From Hydrolagus affinis (taxonomy: Eukaryota), in contig JAAILG010005579.1 of the NCBI GenBank assembly GCA_012026655.1, positions 1-36,587 on the forward strand: 36,587 nt of DNA, given 5' to 3'. Of this stretch, positions 1 through 8,879 are shown in pieces (within the stretch, counting starts at the first letter, position 1; every line of letters starts with the position of its first letter). The position numbers and the translations under genes are program-made. The notes below the pieces were generated by a model. It saw nothing but the letters and a program-made list of their open reading frames with translations, did not search any database and had not been told where the DNA came from.

Positions 1-14
1 TTGTTGTTGTTGTT

Positions 15-150
15 GCCTTGCAAGCAAGAGACCTGAGTTTGATTTCAGGCAAGGGGCAAAATCTTGGGCAAGTTTCCTTATTTCATATGCCTCATGGTAA
101 TTCCTAAAAAAAACAATAAAAAGAAATTAGTAATTTCAATCCACGACTGC
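15..150 (+). mobile_element. tRNA-derived SINE, truncated copy
   Basis: CCTTGCAAGCAAGAGACCTGAGTTTGATT head remnant plus CTTGGGCAAGTTTCCTTA core shared with the other copies. Confidence 0.7.
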
Positions 151-639
151 GGATTCGAGTGGCAAGTTGCCGAAAATCCAACAAAAAAAATTTAACTTAT
201 TTTAAAACTAAAAAACTTAAAAAACTTAAAATTAAAATGAACTTATTTTAAAACATACTACATTAAGAATAGAGTAATAATAACAAAATATTGTATGGAT
301 ACTTACCAATAAAGCATTCCAGCACACTTGGTAAAATGATCGGTAAAAAAGCACTCCAGCGTTCAGTAAGTTTAATAAGTGCGCAGGTGCACACATTGTA
401 CGCAAAGTGAACATACCGCGAGTGTCCTGGATGGAGATCCAGTTGCTAGAATGGTGAAATGTATTGGGAGATACCAGTTGGTTGAGTATGCCAGTCAGTT
501 GGGTACCGGATAAACAAGATTTTTACTGTATAACAGAATCGACGACAAAATTACACTTGTATAGCGCCTTTATATGTCTTTCTTCTAGGTATGTATACCA
601 GCTGTATGCAGTACTCTTCCTTCATCTTGTTCCCCATTT

Positions 640-1180
640 TGCTTAAACTCTTTCATATGTACTTCAGATATTTCTTCTATGTTTATTATTTGTACCACTT
701 TCTGTAACTCAAATCTTCCTGTTTCAGAAACTTGCCCCTTATTCTGTTACAGTATCTTCAATCTCTATCACAATTTGCTCTTTTATCATCTTGTCCCTCA
801 GAGCTCCATAGTTGCATGTTTTGCTGCGTGACCTTAACGGCACAAAATATTGGACATACAATTCAGCAGGCCGTAGTTTTGTTGTGCCAAACTTAAACTG
901 TCAGTGGTCCAATTATGCCTCTGGTTGATAGTTAACTTCAATGGCCTTGGCCTTGTATTCTATTGTTCCAGTCTGCATCTTGTTTCCTTAATTCTGCATC
1001 TAATTCATTCCAAAGTCAGTCCACTTCTGACACCATGTAATAAAACTCTATCAAAATTAAAGGTGTGTTCGTAACTTTGCACTTTGTCCCACTCCTAGAG
1101 TCCTTTCATCCTTTCTGCACTTCTTATTGATCTTTCATTAATTGTCCATTTACTCTTAAAGGAGTATCTAGCAAATATGA
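640..1180 (-). mobile_element. Degenerate CR1-type LINE ORF2 fragment
   Basis: Minus strand encodes remnants of IEYK..E and RP.LEYCVQ.. motifs typical of CR1 RT C-termini; boundaries approximate. Confidence 0.5.
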
Positions 1181-1229
1181 CTGAGGAGAGTGAATCTCAA
1201 AAGAACACTAAAACCAGACATTAAACCTT

Positions 1230-1505
1230 GATGTCCTGCCTGTTAAAGTTGCCTGCCAGGTGGTTGTTAAATACCCCCATAGCACCTTGCACAAAGAGAA
1301 GGGGGGTTTATCAGGTGTTCCAGCCAACAATCCCCAAGTAAAATTGATCACTCACTTCATGGCTATTTGTGGGACATTGCTGTGCTCAAATTTGGCAGCC
1401 TGGCTTTCTTACAGCCAAATCACTATACAGTATATCCTGCTAAGTCCTTTGAGATGTCTCATTGATGTGATAAGCTGCTACATCAAATCCAATGATTATT
1501 TTTAT
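1230..1505 (+). mobile_element. Old SINE relic with a Deu-domain-like core and the shared 3' tail
   Basis: AGAGAAGGGGGGTTTATCAGGTGTTCCAGCCAACAA followed by the TTTGTGGGACATTGCTGTGC...TTTGAGATGTC tail common to the local SINE; family assignment from memory of shark SINE consensus. Confidence 0.45.
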
Positions 1506-1834
1506 TAATAATAATTTACAATATATATTTTGATTCAAACCCCAATTTTTTTTGATATAGTTTACACAGTAACATTCTCCAAGTATAAATGACGTGTCAA
1601 ACTTTGAGATGGGTGGAGGGAGAGCATGGACCAGCCCCCTCCAAAAATCAACCACTCCTCTCCCATCAGAAATATCTTCCCAATTTTGGACGTTTGTGTG
1701 GTTACAATTGCTGTAAAGCTTGCGATAGGAACAAAAAGATTTGGAGTAGATCATTGTGATATTGTGATGGGGTAAGTCTATTGACAAGTTTAAAGGTAGA
1801 AGCTAGAGTTATTGTAAAGTGATGTGATACTGTG

Positions 1835-1892
1835 GTAACCTCTGGTGCATATACAAAAATATTCGGCCAAGGAACTAAACTTATTGTTACAG
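1835..1892 (+). CDS. TRGJ: TCR gamma J segment 1 (VTSGAYTKIFGQGTKLIVT)
   Basis: Nonamer AGTTATTGT 1807-1815, 12-bp spacer, heptamer TACTGTG 1828-1834; FGxG motif; phase-1 donor G|GTAAGC at 1893. Confidence 0.93.
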
Positions 1893-2171
1893 GTAAGCTA
1901 TTCTGTTTAAGAGACTATGTTCATGTGTTTACATATAAGTGTAGCGTGTTTAACAACATATAGCTAGAGACATCCCAGTTCATGAATGTAAGGTATAACA
2001 TTGTCTTTCGCATTGGTATGGGCTGGATTCCCAACCAATTAAATATTTGGATGAGTATTTGAGAAAAAAAAATTTTAATTAAAAATATTAAGGGATATTG
2101 GGAAAGACAACAACAAAATTACTCTTGTATAGCGTCTTTCAAGTTAGGAGGACTTCCCAAGGCGCTGAGTA

Positions 2172-2465
2172 CTAATCCTTGCATTTGATATAGCGCTTTT
2201 CATGTCTTCTAGATGTCTCAAAGTGCTGCACAGAATATACTGTAAAGTGAATTGACTGTATATATGTGAGCAAAACGCGGCAGCCAATTGGGCCCAGCAG
2301 TGTCCCACTAATAGTCTTGGATTGAAATGAACAATTTTTTTTGGAGGAATTATTATTAGACGTGTGGAGTAAGGAAACTTGCCCAAGGTTTTGCTCTGTC
2401 TGGAATAGAACCCAGGTCTCTCGCTTGAAAGGCGAGTGCTCTAACCGCTGAGCTTCAGGACTCCA
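2172..2465 (-). mobile_element. tRNA-derived SINE, full length (between J1 and J2)
   Basis: Reverse complement has A-box (AGCTCAGCGGTTAGAGC), B-box (GGGTTCTATTCC), core and the (TAT)n-type tail. Confidence 0.9.
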
Positions 2466-2758
2466 GAGCTGGAAAGTGGGATTAAAAATAAGGTTGATAA
2501 TACAGGTAGATATGAACACAAGTTTCTATTGCGTTACCTTTGATATTTGAGTGGTTAAAAAAAAATGCAAATTCTGGTATTAAACTCAGTGCTACAGGGG
2601 AGTTTGCAAACATCTTCCCATGTAAATGATAATGTTTCAGTTCAGGCGATTGCCAACTGCCAATTGTTGGAGTTTGCCCCTCCAAGCCCCTGGTAAACTG
2701 ATGTGTTAGTTGTATCACCAGATTGCGGTTAGTTCTTGTGAGGTGATATAACACTGTG

Positions 2759-2815
2759 ATACCTCGGGTGCATGGATCAAGCACTTTGGCAGTGGAACTA
2801 AACTCATTGTAACAG
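2759..2815 (+). CDS. TRGJ: TCR gamma J segment 2 (TSGAWIKHFGSGTKLIVT)
   Basis: Nonamer AGTTCTTGT 2731-2739, 12-bp spacer, heptamer CACTGTG 2752-2758; FGSG; donor GTAAGG at 2816. Confidence 0.95.
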
Positions 2816-3226
2816 GTAAGGCTGTAGCGATAGAACAGCTTTCCCGTTAATTGCGGATTTCCGTGAGCTTGTTTTTCAATGGTTATTCAGCATTTGGAGG
2901 CATCACATCGATACTTTCCATGCGTTTCACGTTCATGTGAATATCTCAAACGGCTTCACAGAATTAATTGCCTGTGTCCCGAGCTGCGGTTGGGGATGGG
3001 GTGGTGGGGGGTGGGGGGGGCGGTGGGGGGGGTGTGAGTGAGATGATTAAGGTGGGAATAGCTACAGAACGGGAATGTCACAGAGTTGTCCTGCTTTGTT
3101 AATGTAAAGCCACGAGTCACCAGGTTGAATGCACGGGACACTGGAAGTAAACCCGGTGTTGTTGGTAAGAGCTGGGTCAGGATTGGCGCTCACCCTGCAT
3201 TTATTGTACAGCATTGTATCGCTGTG

Positions 3227-3273
3227 GTCTTCGGGTCAGGTGTTCGGCGGAGGGACCAAACTGTTAGTTACAG
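3227..3273 (+). CDS. TRGJ: TCR gamma J segment 3 (SSGQVFGGGTKLLVT)
   Basis: Nonamer ATTTATTGT 3199-3207, 12-bp spacer, heptamer CGCTGTG 3220-3226; FGGG; donor GTAAGC at 3274. Confidence 0.92.
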
Positions 3274-3472
3274 GTAAGCTTCTGTCCAGTTCACTTCACT
3301 CTGATACTGGCCCACCTTTCGGCTGGTTCAGTATTGCGATATTGGTGGATATCTAAGGTAACAGTGACACTGAGGGTTGGAGAGCAGAGGCATCGGGGCA
3401 GTGACAAGAGCATGTTAGCAATGCCTATGAAAGACAGGTGGTGAGGTTTTAGCCCGATACTGTAACACTGTG

Positions 3473-3536
3473 CCAAACCAATATGGATTGTTTGATAAGA
3501 AAATATTCGGCACTGGAACTAAACTCGTCGTAACAG
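3473..3536 (+). CDS. TRGJ: TCR gamma J segment 4, long (PNQYGLFDKKIFGTGTKLVVT)
   Basis: Nonamer GGTTTTAGC 3445-3453, 12-bp spacer, heptamer CACTGTG 3466-3472; FGTG; donor GTAAGA at 3537. Confidence 0.93.
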
Positions 3537-3723
3537 GTAAGAGTATTAATGAATGTTAATATCATTGTTAATGTTGGGGGGAGAAGTTATGAGAAGGAAA
3601 GAGAGGTGAAGAGGCCACAGCAGTCGTTAGTGCTTTGCACATCTTGTGGCGTTAGAGACCGTTGAAAGATCCGGAGAGAATCGTGTGTTTCCTTTAGTTA
3701 TTGTACTGCGCTCTAACACCGTG

Positions 3724-3775
3724 GACTCGTCCAGAAAGAAAATATTCGGCACCGGAACCAAACTGCTGGTCACCG
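3724..3775 (+). CDS. TRGJ: TCR gamma J segment 5 (DSSRKKIFGTGTKLLVT)
   Basis: Nonamer AGTTATTGT 3696-3704, 12-bp spacer, heptamer CACCGTG 3717-3723; donor GTAAGC at 3776. Confidence 0.94.
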
Positions 3776-3962
3776 GTAAGCGGGTCTCTCTCTCTCTGTG
3801 TTATGTGTTTATGTGAGATGTGCGTGTGTTTTAAGGGCTATTGTTAGTGGTGACACACACACACACACAAGGTTTGGGAAAGTATCCAGACAGATGGGAG
3901 CACACACTCAATGGCGATGGGGTGGCAGTTTCCCAGTTATTGTACCGCCTTGTAACACCGTG

Positions 3963-4018
3963 TTCAGCTGGTGGCTCAAGGCTGGTATTCGGCACTGGAA
4001 CTAAACTCCTGGTTACCG
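3963..4018 (+). CDS. TRGJ: TCR gamma J segment 6 (SAGGSRLVFGTGTKLLVT)
   Basis: Nonamer AGTTATTGT 3935-3943, 12-bp spacer, heptamer CACCGTG 3956-3962; donor GTAAGT at 4019. Confidence 0.94.
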
Positions 4019-4225
4019 GTAAGTGTAAGGTGCGAGGACCTGTACTGTTTGTATCCGAGGGAATCGGCGGAGGAGTTACTAGCGATGGTCAGGTGTTTGG
4101 TGCAGGAAAAATATTAAGAGACGATAGAGTTACAGACTATAGAGTTAAGAGACTCTATAGAGTTACAGGCCAATCTCTCCAGCTCCAGTAACTCTATAGT
4201 TATTGTACTGCACTTTAACACTGTG

Positions 4226-4270
4226 CAGGTTACAAGGTATTCGGCTCTGGAACTAAGCTCGTTGTCACAG
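4226..4270 (+). CDS. TRGJ: TCR gamma J segment 7 (GYKVFGSGTKLVVT)
   Basis: Nonamer AGTTATTGT 4198-4206, 12-bp spacer, heptamer CACTGTG 4219-4225; donor GTAAAT at 4271. Confidence 0.94.
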
Positions 4271-4431
4271 GTAAATACTGTCTGTATGTTGCGTAAAAGG
4301 TGCTCGGGTTCAGAGGGACAGTCACAGTCCTTAACATCATAATCTTCATTAACCCTGCGAGGCGCCGTGCGTGAGGTATTGACTATTATTCTAATGACCG
4401 GAGTAAAGTTGGGAGTCGGAAAAACAACAAC

Positions 4432-4550
4432 AATAATAATAATAATCCTTGCATTTGACATAGCGCCTTTCACGTCTTCTTGACGCCTCAAAGCGCTTCA
4501 CGGAATATACTGTAAAAGTGAATTGACTGTGTATTTGTGGGCGAAATTCC
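4432..4550 (-). mobile_element. SINE 3' fragment (between J7 and pseudo-J8)
   Basis: AATAATCCTTGCATTTGACATAGCGCC...GTGAATTGACTG tail. Confidence 0.8.
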
Positions 4551-4731
4551 TGTTACGAAAAAGATTGTGTTGTGTTAGTTGCCTTTGTGCAAATATCCTC
4601 GGTAATTCTTTGGAGAGAGTGAGGCTGTGTTGGTCTTTGTGCGGTATTTGGTGTGGAAAATGTTTTAACAAAATAGATGAAAAGCCATAGGAGAGACTGC
4701 AGGTCTATAGCTGCTGTACTGTAGCACTGTG

Positions 4732-4793
4732 ATCTACCCAGCTCCGATCCAAAGATACTTAGCGCTAAATAGGAGCTAAACTCCCTGTTACTG
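4732..4793 (+). pseudogene. TRGJ: TCR gamma J pseudogene (J8)
   Basis: Heptamer CACTGTG 4725-4731 without a correctly spaced nonamer; KI..(F/G lost)..GAKLPVT remnant with frameshift and in-frame stops; donor reads G|TT rather than G|GT. Confidence 0.7.
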
Positions 4794-4952
4794 TTGGGGT
4801 TTCTGTTCAGTAACGCAGTGATCTGAGAAATAGCCAGTGTTTGTTATCATTGGGATCAGGTCTATAGTGTGTGAGGATGGTGTGCTGGCTCAGGGCACGG
4901 ATGGCTCCCAGGGCTTGTTTGCTGAGTTATTGTACTGACCGGTATCGCTGTG

Positions 4953-4999
4953 GTCAACAACTAAAGTCTTCGGCACCGGGACACAGCTGGTTGTAACAG
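4953..4999 (+). CDS. TRGJ: TCR gamma J segment 9 (STTKVFGTGTQLVVT)
   Basis: Nonamer AGTTATTGT 4925-4933, 12-bp spacer, heptamer CGCTGTG 4946-4952; donor GTACAT at 5000. Confidence 0.92.
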
Positions 5000-5133
5000 G
5001 TACATCTCCCGCCGAGCTGCTTGACATCAGTGTGGGTGTGGGGGGTGTGGGGGGGAGAGTTTTGCGGTAAATTACGAGTGTTGTACGGGACTGTGTGCGC
5101 TCGGCAGTTACTGCGCGGCTCTGCGGCTCTGTG

Positions 5134-5182
5134 GGGGGGGGATATTACACTTTCGGAACCGGGACGAGGCTGCTGGTTACTG
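5134..5182 (+). CDS. TRGJ: TCR gamma J segment 10 (GGGYYTFGTGTRLLVT)
   Basis: Nonamer AGTTACTGC 5106-5114, 12-bp spacer, heptamer CTCTGTG 5127-5133; donor GTGAGT at 5183. Confidence 0.88.
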
Positions 5183-5270
5183 GTGAGTGAGTCCAGGCGT
5201 TTCACTGAGACACGCCAGCCCTTTGGGGACCGAGTAACAGAGAAAATAGCGATCGCGTTTACAGTGGCAT

Positions 5271-5587
5271 TGGGAGTCCTGCAGCTCAGCGGTTAGAGCA
5301 CTCCCTTCGCAAGCGACAGACCCGGGTTCAATTCCTGGCGAGGCGAAAAGTTGGGTAAGTTTCCTTACTCCACACGCCTAATAACAACCCCTCACCCCCC
5401 AAAAAACAATTGGTCATTTCAACCCACGGCTGTTTGCGGGACACTGCTGTGCGCAATCGGGCTCTGCCGCGTTTCGCCCACAATATACAGTCGATTCATC
5501 TTATAAAGAACCTTACGGTATATTCCGCGAAGCGCTTTGAGACGTCGAGAAGACGGGAACGGCGCCACATCAAACGCAAGGCTTATG
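5271..5587 (+). mobile_element. tRNA-derived SINE, full length, CpG-rich (between J10 and J11)
   Basis: GGAGTCCTGCAGCTCAGCGGTTAGAGC head, GGGTTCAATTCC B-box, core and tail. Confidence 0.9.
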
Positions 5588-5714
5588 AGTAAGGGTTACT
5601 GCCGCTCATTTTGCAACGGCAAATGGAAGTTGAACTTGGAAAGCGAAGTGTTGAGTGAAGCCGCGGGAAGGTCGGGCTGTGGCGCGGGTTCTTGTGAGGC
5701 GCCTTAACATCGTG

Positions 5715-5787
5715 CAGCATCCTATATAACACCGTGCAGCATCCTATATAAAGATCTTCGGCGCCGGGACCCGGCTGATAGTTACTG
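5715..5787 (+). CDS. TRGJ: TCR gamma J segment 11 with duplicated heptamer (core ASYIKIFGAGTRLIVT, 5737-5787)
   Basis: Nonamer GGTTCTTGT 5687-5695, 12-bp spacer, heptamer CATCGTG 5708-5714; second heptamer CACCGTG 5730-5736; FGAG; donor GTGAGT at 5788; in-frame TAA at 5727-5729. Confidence 0.85.
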
Positions 5788-6642
5788 GTGAGTTTGCAGC
5801 AGTAAATTGTGTGTGTATTTGAAGGCTGCCGCGCCAGTTGCTGTGCGGTGGTCTGGCCGTTTGTACAAGACAATATCGACAGTCAGTTGTAATTAGGATA
5901 GAAGAGTGTTTGGCTCTGAAACCAACCCCGGCTTGGAGGGGCCGGTCAGTTGTTGTGGGCAGAGACTGCGCTCATCCCGACAATTAACGGGATTATAAAA
6001 AATCATTATTTTTTATCTCGCTCGGTCACTGTCGGTGCTGAATGAGGGGGAAATAGGGCGAGTGAGACAAAACTCTCGTGACTAACTATGTCATTTAAAT
6101 TAACTACTAAAGTGACCCACCTCAGCAATGCCTGACTTGAGAGAACGGCTTATGTGGGAATGAAGGTAGGTACTAACAGGTCGGCGATGTGAAAGCACGT
6201 GTGTTCAGGGAGAGAAAACATCTCATACAATGGGTGAATCCAAAAGATTATTAAGCTTGCACTGTGCGAACTTCAATGTGGATCTGATCAGTTCAATGAA
6301 CCAGTTGACGCGTTCGTTAACTTTGGAGCTTTCTTTGACTTCCAGTAAAGAGGGGTAGTTGTCAACAAATCCTCGTGATTTCATTAGTATGATTTTAAAA
6401 CTTGGTTAAAATCAAAAAAAAGTGTGTGTGTGGTGGGGGGGGGGGGGAGGGGTGGGGGGACATAAACACACACACAAACACACACACAACCCAGGACGTT
6501 AGAGAAATATCTACTGAGTGAAAAATACCAGGAGTCGTGAACCAAACTTTAACACTTGTCAAGAATTATTTACTGTAATCATACTCACAGTTGTTACGAT
6601 CTGGAAATTTGAATGCAATCTATTTTTTATTTTGTTTTTTAG

Positions 6643-6981
6643 AGCTACAAGCGAAGAAACCCACGCTACGCATTTTCAGCAAGTCTGTTACCGACACGAC
6701 TCAGGTCGTTTGCTTGATAACTGGTTTTTACCCTGATGTTATCAGAGTTTACTGGAAAATCGGAGAAAAAATTCACAAGGATACTGACACAGACAAGAAA
6801 TTTGAAACGGATCCCATTCAGAAGCCGAATTCGACGTACTTTTATGTGATCAGCCGTCTTTCGGTTACCAAAGCCGAATGGAAATCAAAAACAATCATTT
6901 GCAGGGTAGAGCACGAATCACTCACCGCCGGTGAAAATGATGAAATCACCGCCAATAAAGAAGCTGGTGCAAGTCCTGACG
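6643..6981 (+). CDS. TRGC: TCR gamma constant region exon 1 (Ig C1 domain, ELQAKKPTLRIF...VVCLITGFYPDVIRVYW...IICRVEHES...GASPD)
   Basis: Polypyrimidine tract plus AG at 6641-6642, phase 1 matching every J; C-x-x-x-x-F-Y-P, W and C-x-V-x-H C1-set motifs; FYPDVIRVYW resembles human TRGC FFPDVIKIHW. The 3' donor G|GTACTG at 6982 is the best candidate but is not proven. Confidence 0.92.
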
Positions 6982-7907
6982 GTACTGTTGTATTCAGATT
7001 GTGTTTCTAACTTGTATTGTCTTTTGTCGGGGAAAATACCTACACTGGAGTTTGCCGTCCAAATGATTGATATGTTTCATTTACCCTTCAGGGTTTCACT
7101 AACAAAAGCTTATTATGTGACTACTGTAGTGCTCAATACCAATCGAAATACAATGTAAACAAAAGCCCAAATACTGCCAATGCTGGGAATCTGATATAAA
7201 AACAGAAATCGTTATATATTACGTTATATATTCTGAAAATAGAGCATTACCACCCGAATCCTATTCACTTTCCTAAAATCCTCTGTTCGCTTTCCCCTGT
7301 GTACACATTAATTCGTATTACACTATTCTGAGTTCTGAAATAAATGCCATTCATTCTTCAACGTTAATATACAATCATTAAATACTGAAAGCATTTAATT
7401 AGTTTCCTCATTTTGAAAGTATTTTAGTGGATTTTTAAAAAAAGGTATTTGTTTGGTGTAGTAATAAATATAGTATATTATACTACAGGAAATATTTTAA
7501 AATGCAATGTTTATGCCTTGGGTATTTTAATCTGATTTAAAAAAAACGAATTAGTTCCATTACAAGCAAAATGACCAGGAACTTTGGCAGCGGCTAACAA
7601 ACAAAACACACAGCGCTTCATTAGGTTTATTGCCAATATTTGTATCATTGAAAACTAACTGAAAAGTTAACTCCCAGTCAGGGAAATGAAACATTTTTTA
7701 AACTGCATTTATTTGATTTAAAAATCCAAGTGAAAAAAAACGCAGAACATACAAAACGCAACATCACCACTGAAATTGAAAGCCCAGCTGTGTTTGTGAC
7801 TATACGATTTTGAATGTCCTTTTGATATTTCTTCTTTGACTCGATAAAAATAGAAATTGATGTGCCTGTTATTGCTGAGATTGATGCCATTTTTCATTTG
7901 AAAACAG

Positions 7908-7964
7908 GAAAAAAAACCACAACTGATCCAATCACTGGAAACTGTACTGAGCCCGAGGACCAAG
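7908..7964 (+). CDS. TRGC: TCR gamma constant exon 2 (connecting peptide GKKTTTDPITGNCTEPEDQ)
   Basis: Acceptor AACAG ending 7907, donor G|GTAATG at 7965, phase 1-1, 57 bp; T-x-DP...NC motif like human TRGC1 exon 2 (TMDPKDNCS) with the interchain Cys. Confidence 0.85.
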
Positions 7965-8089
7965 GTAATGCTTTTCCCCATAACTCCCCTCTAAATACAC
8001 AGTCATTATACTTGACAACAATGATCTATGAAACACTTTGGCAGATTTTGATGTTACATTAAATGCGTGATTTGCTTAAAATTCGTGTC

Positions 8090-8290
8090 CTGTGTGTGGC
8101 TCCCTATCACACACTAATCTCTCTCCCCCCATCACCCCAGCCTAGCTTCACTGGCTCCCTATTACACACTCATCTCTCTCCCCACATCACCCCAGCCCTG
8201 GCCAGGCTTCACTGGCTCCCTATCACACATTCAACTCTTCCCCCCTCCCGTCACCCCCGTCACCATTGCCAGGCTCTCTATCACACACTA
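8090..8290 (+). mobile_element. L2-type LINE ORF2 C-terminal fragment
   Basis: HITPALARLHWLPI motif, locally duplicated. Confidence 0.65.
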
Positions 8291-8397
8291 AACTCTATTT
8301 TAAACTCCCTAACCATAAGTTTATTTATTTTTGGAGGGTGATTACCCCAGAAAGTGATTAATAAGTGGGTTCCTGCTTAATGCTGATCAACAAAGGA

Positions 8398-8538
8398 GTG
8401 TGTGTGTGTGACTGTATGTATCTGTGTGTTAGTGTGACTATGTGTGTCTGTGGCTGTGTTTGTCTGTGTGTTTGTGCCTCTGTGTGTAAGTGTGTGTGTC
8501 TGTGTGCATGGGGTATGTGGTGTGTGTGTGTGTGTGTG
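8398..8538 (+). repeat. Degenerate (TG)n microsatellite
   Basis: Direct reading of the sequence. Confidence 0.9.
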
Positions 8539-8810
8539 TTTAGAGCACCTGGCTCACAAGCGAGAGACCTGGGTTCAATTCCAAGCAGGGGAATTGGCAA
8601 CCTTTGGCAAGTTTCCTTACTCCACATGGCTGATAATAATCCTTCAAGAAGAATAAACAATAATTTGGTCACGCAATCCATGACTGTATCAAACAGTGCT
8701 GCTTTGCGCCCACAAATATACAGTCAATTCACTTTACAGTATATTCTGTGGAGCGCTTTGAGATGTCTAGAAGACATGAAAAGCGCTACATCAAATGCAA
8801 GAATTATTAT
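8539..8810 (+). mobile_element. tRNA-derived SINE, near full length, in TRGC intron 2
   Basis: TTAGAGCAC...GGGTTCAATTCC head, core and tail. Confidence 0.88.
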
Positions 8811-8879
8811 CGAGGGCCAAGAAAAAGATGAAGGTTTTGTAACCATTTGGTTTCCACTAGTTCCCCAACACAGAACAGG

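Noticed and set aside
4085-4140. GQVFGAG reading in the 3841-4191 ORF, looks like an extra J
   Set aside because: No heptamer/nonamer upstream, no T-K-L-x-V-T ending and no splice donor; at best an unrecognisable relic
4623-4670. GGCTGTG followed by AVFGVENVLT
   Set aside because: Poor heptamer, no credible nonamer, FGxG incomplete, no donor
5057-5095. Possible cryptic 23-RSS (GAGTTTTGC...GACTGTG) just 5' of the J10 RSS, which would suggest a D-like segment
   Set aside because: Nonamer only 6/9 and both signals face the same way, so they do not flank a D segment
6259-6265. Isolated CACTGTG in the J-C intron (also CACAGTG at 27841 and 32757)
   Set aside because: No nonamer at 12 or 23 bp and no J/V-like coding sequence
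7746-7786. Possible extra hinge exon (HTKRNITTEIESP)
   Set aside because: Acceptor preceded by an A-run instead of pyrimidines and no phase-1 GT donor
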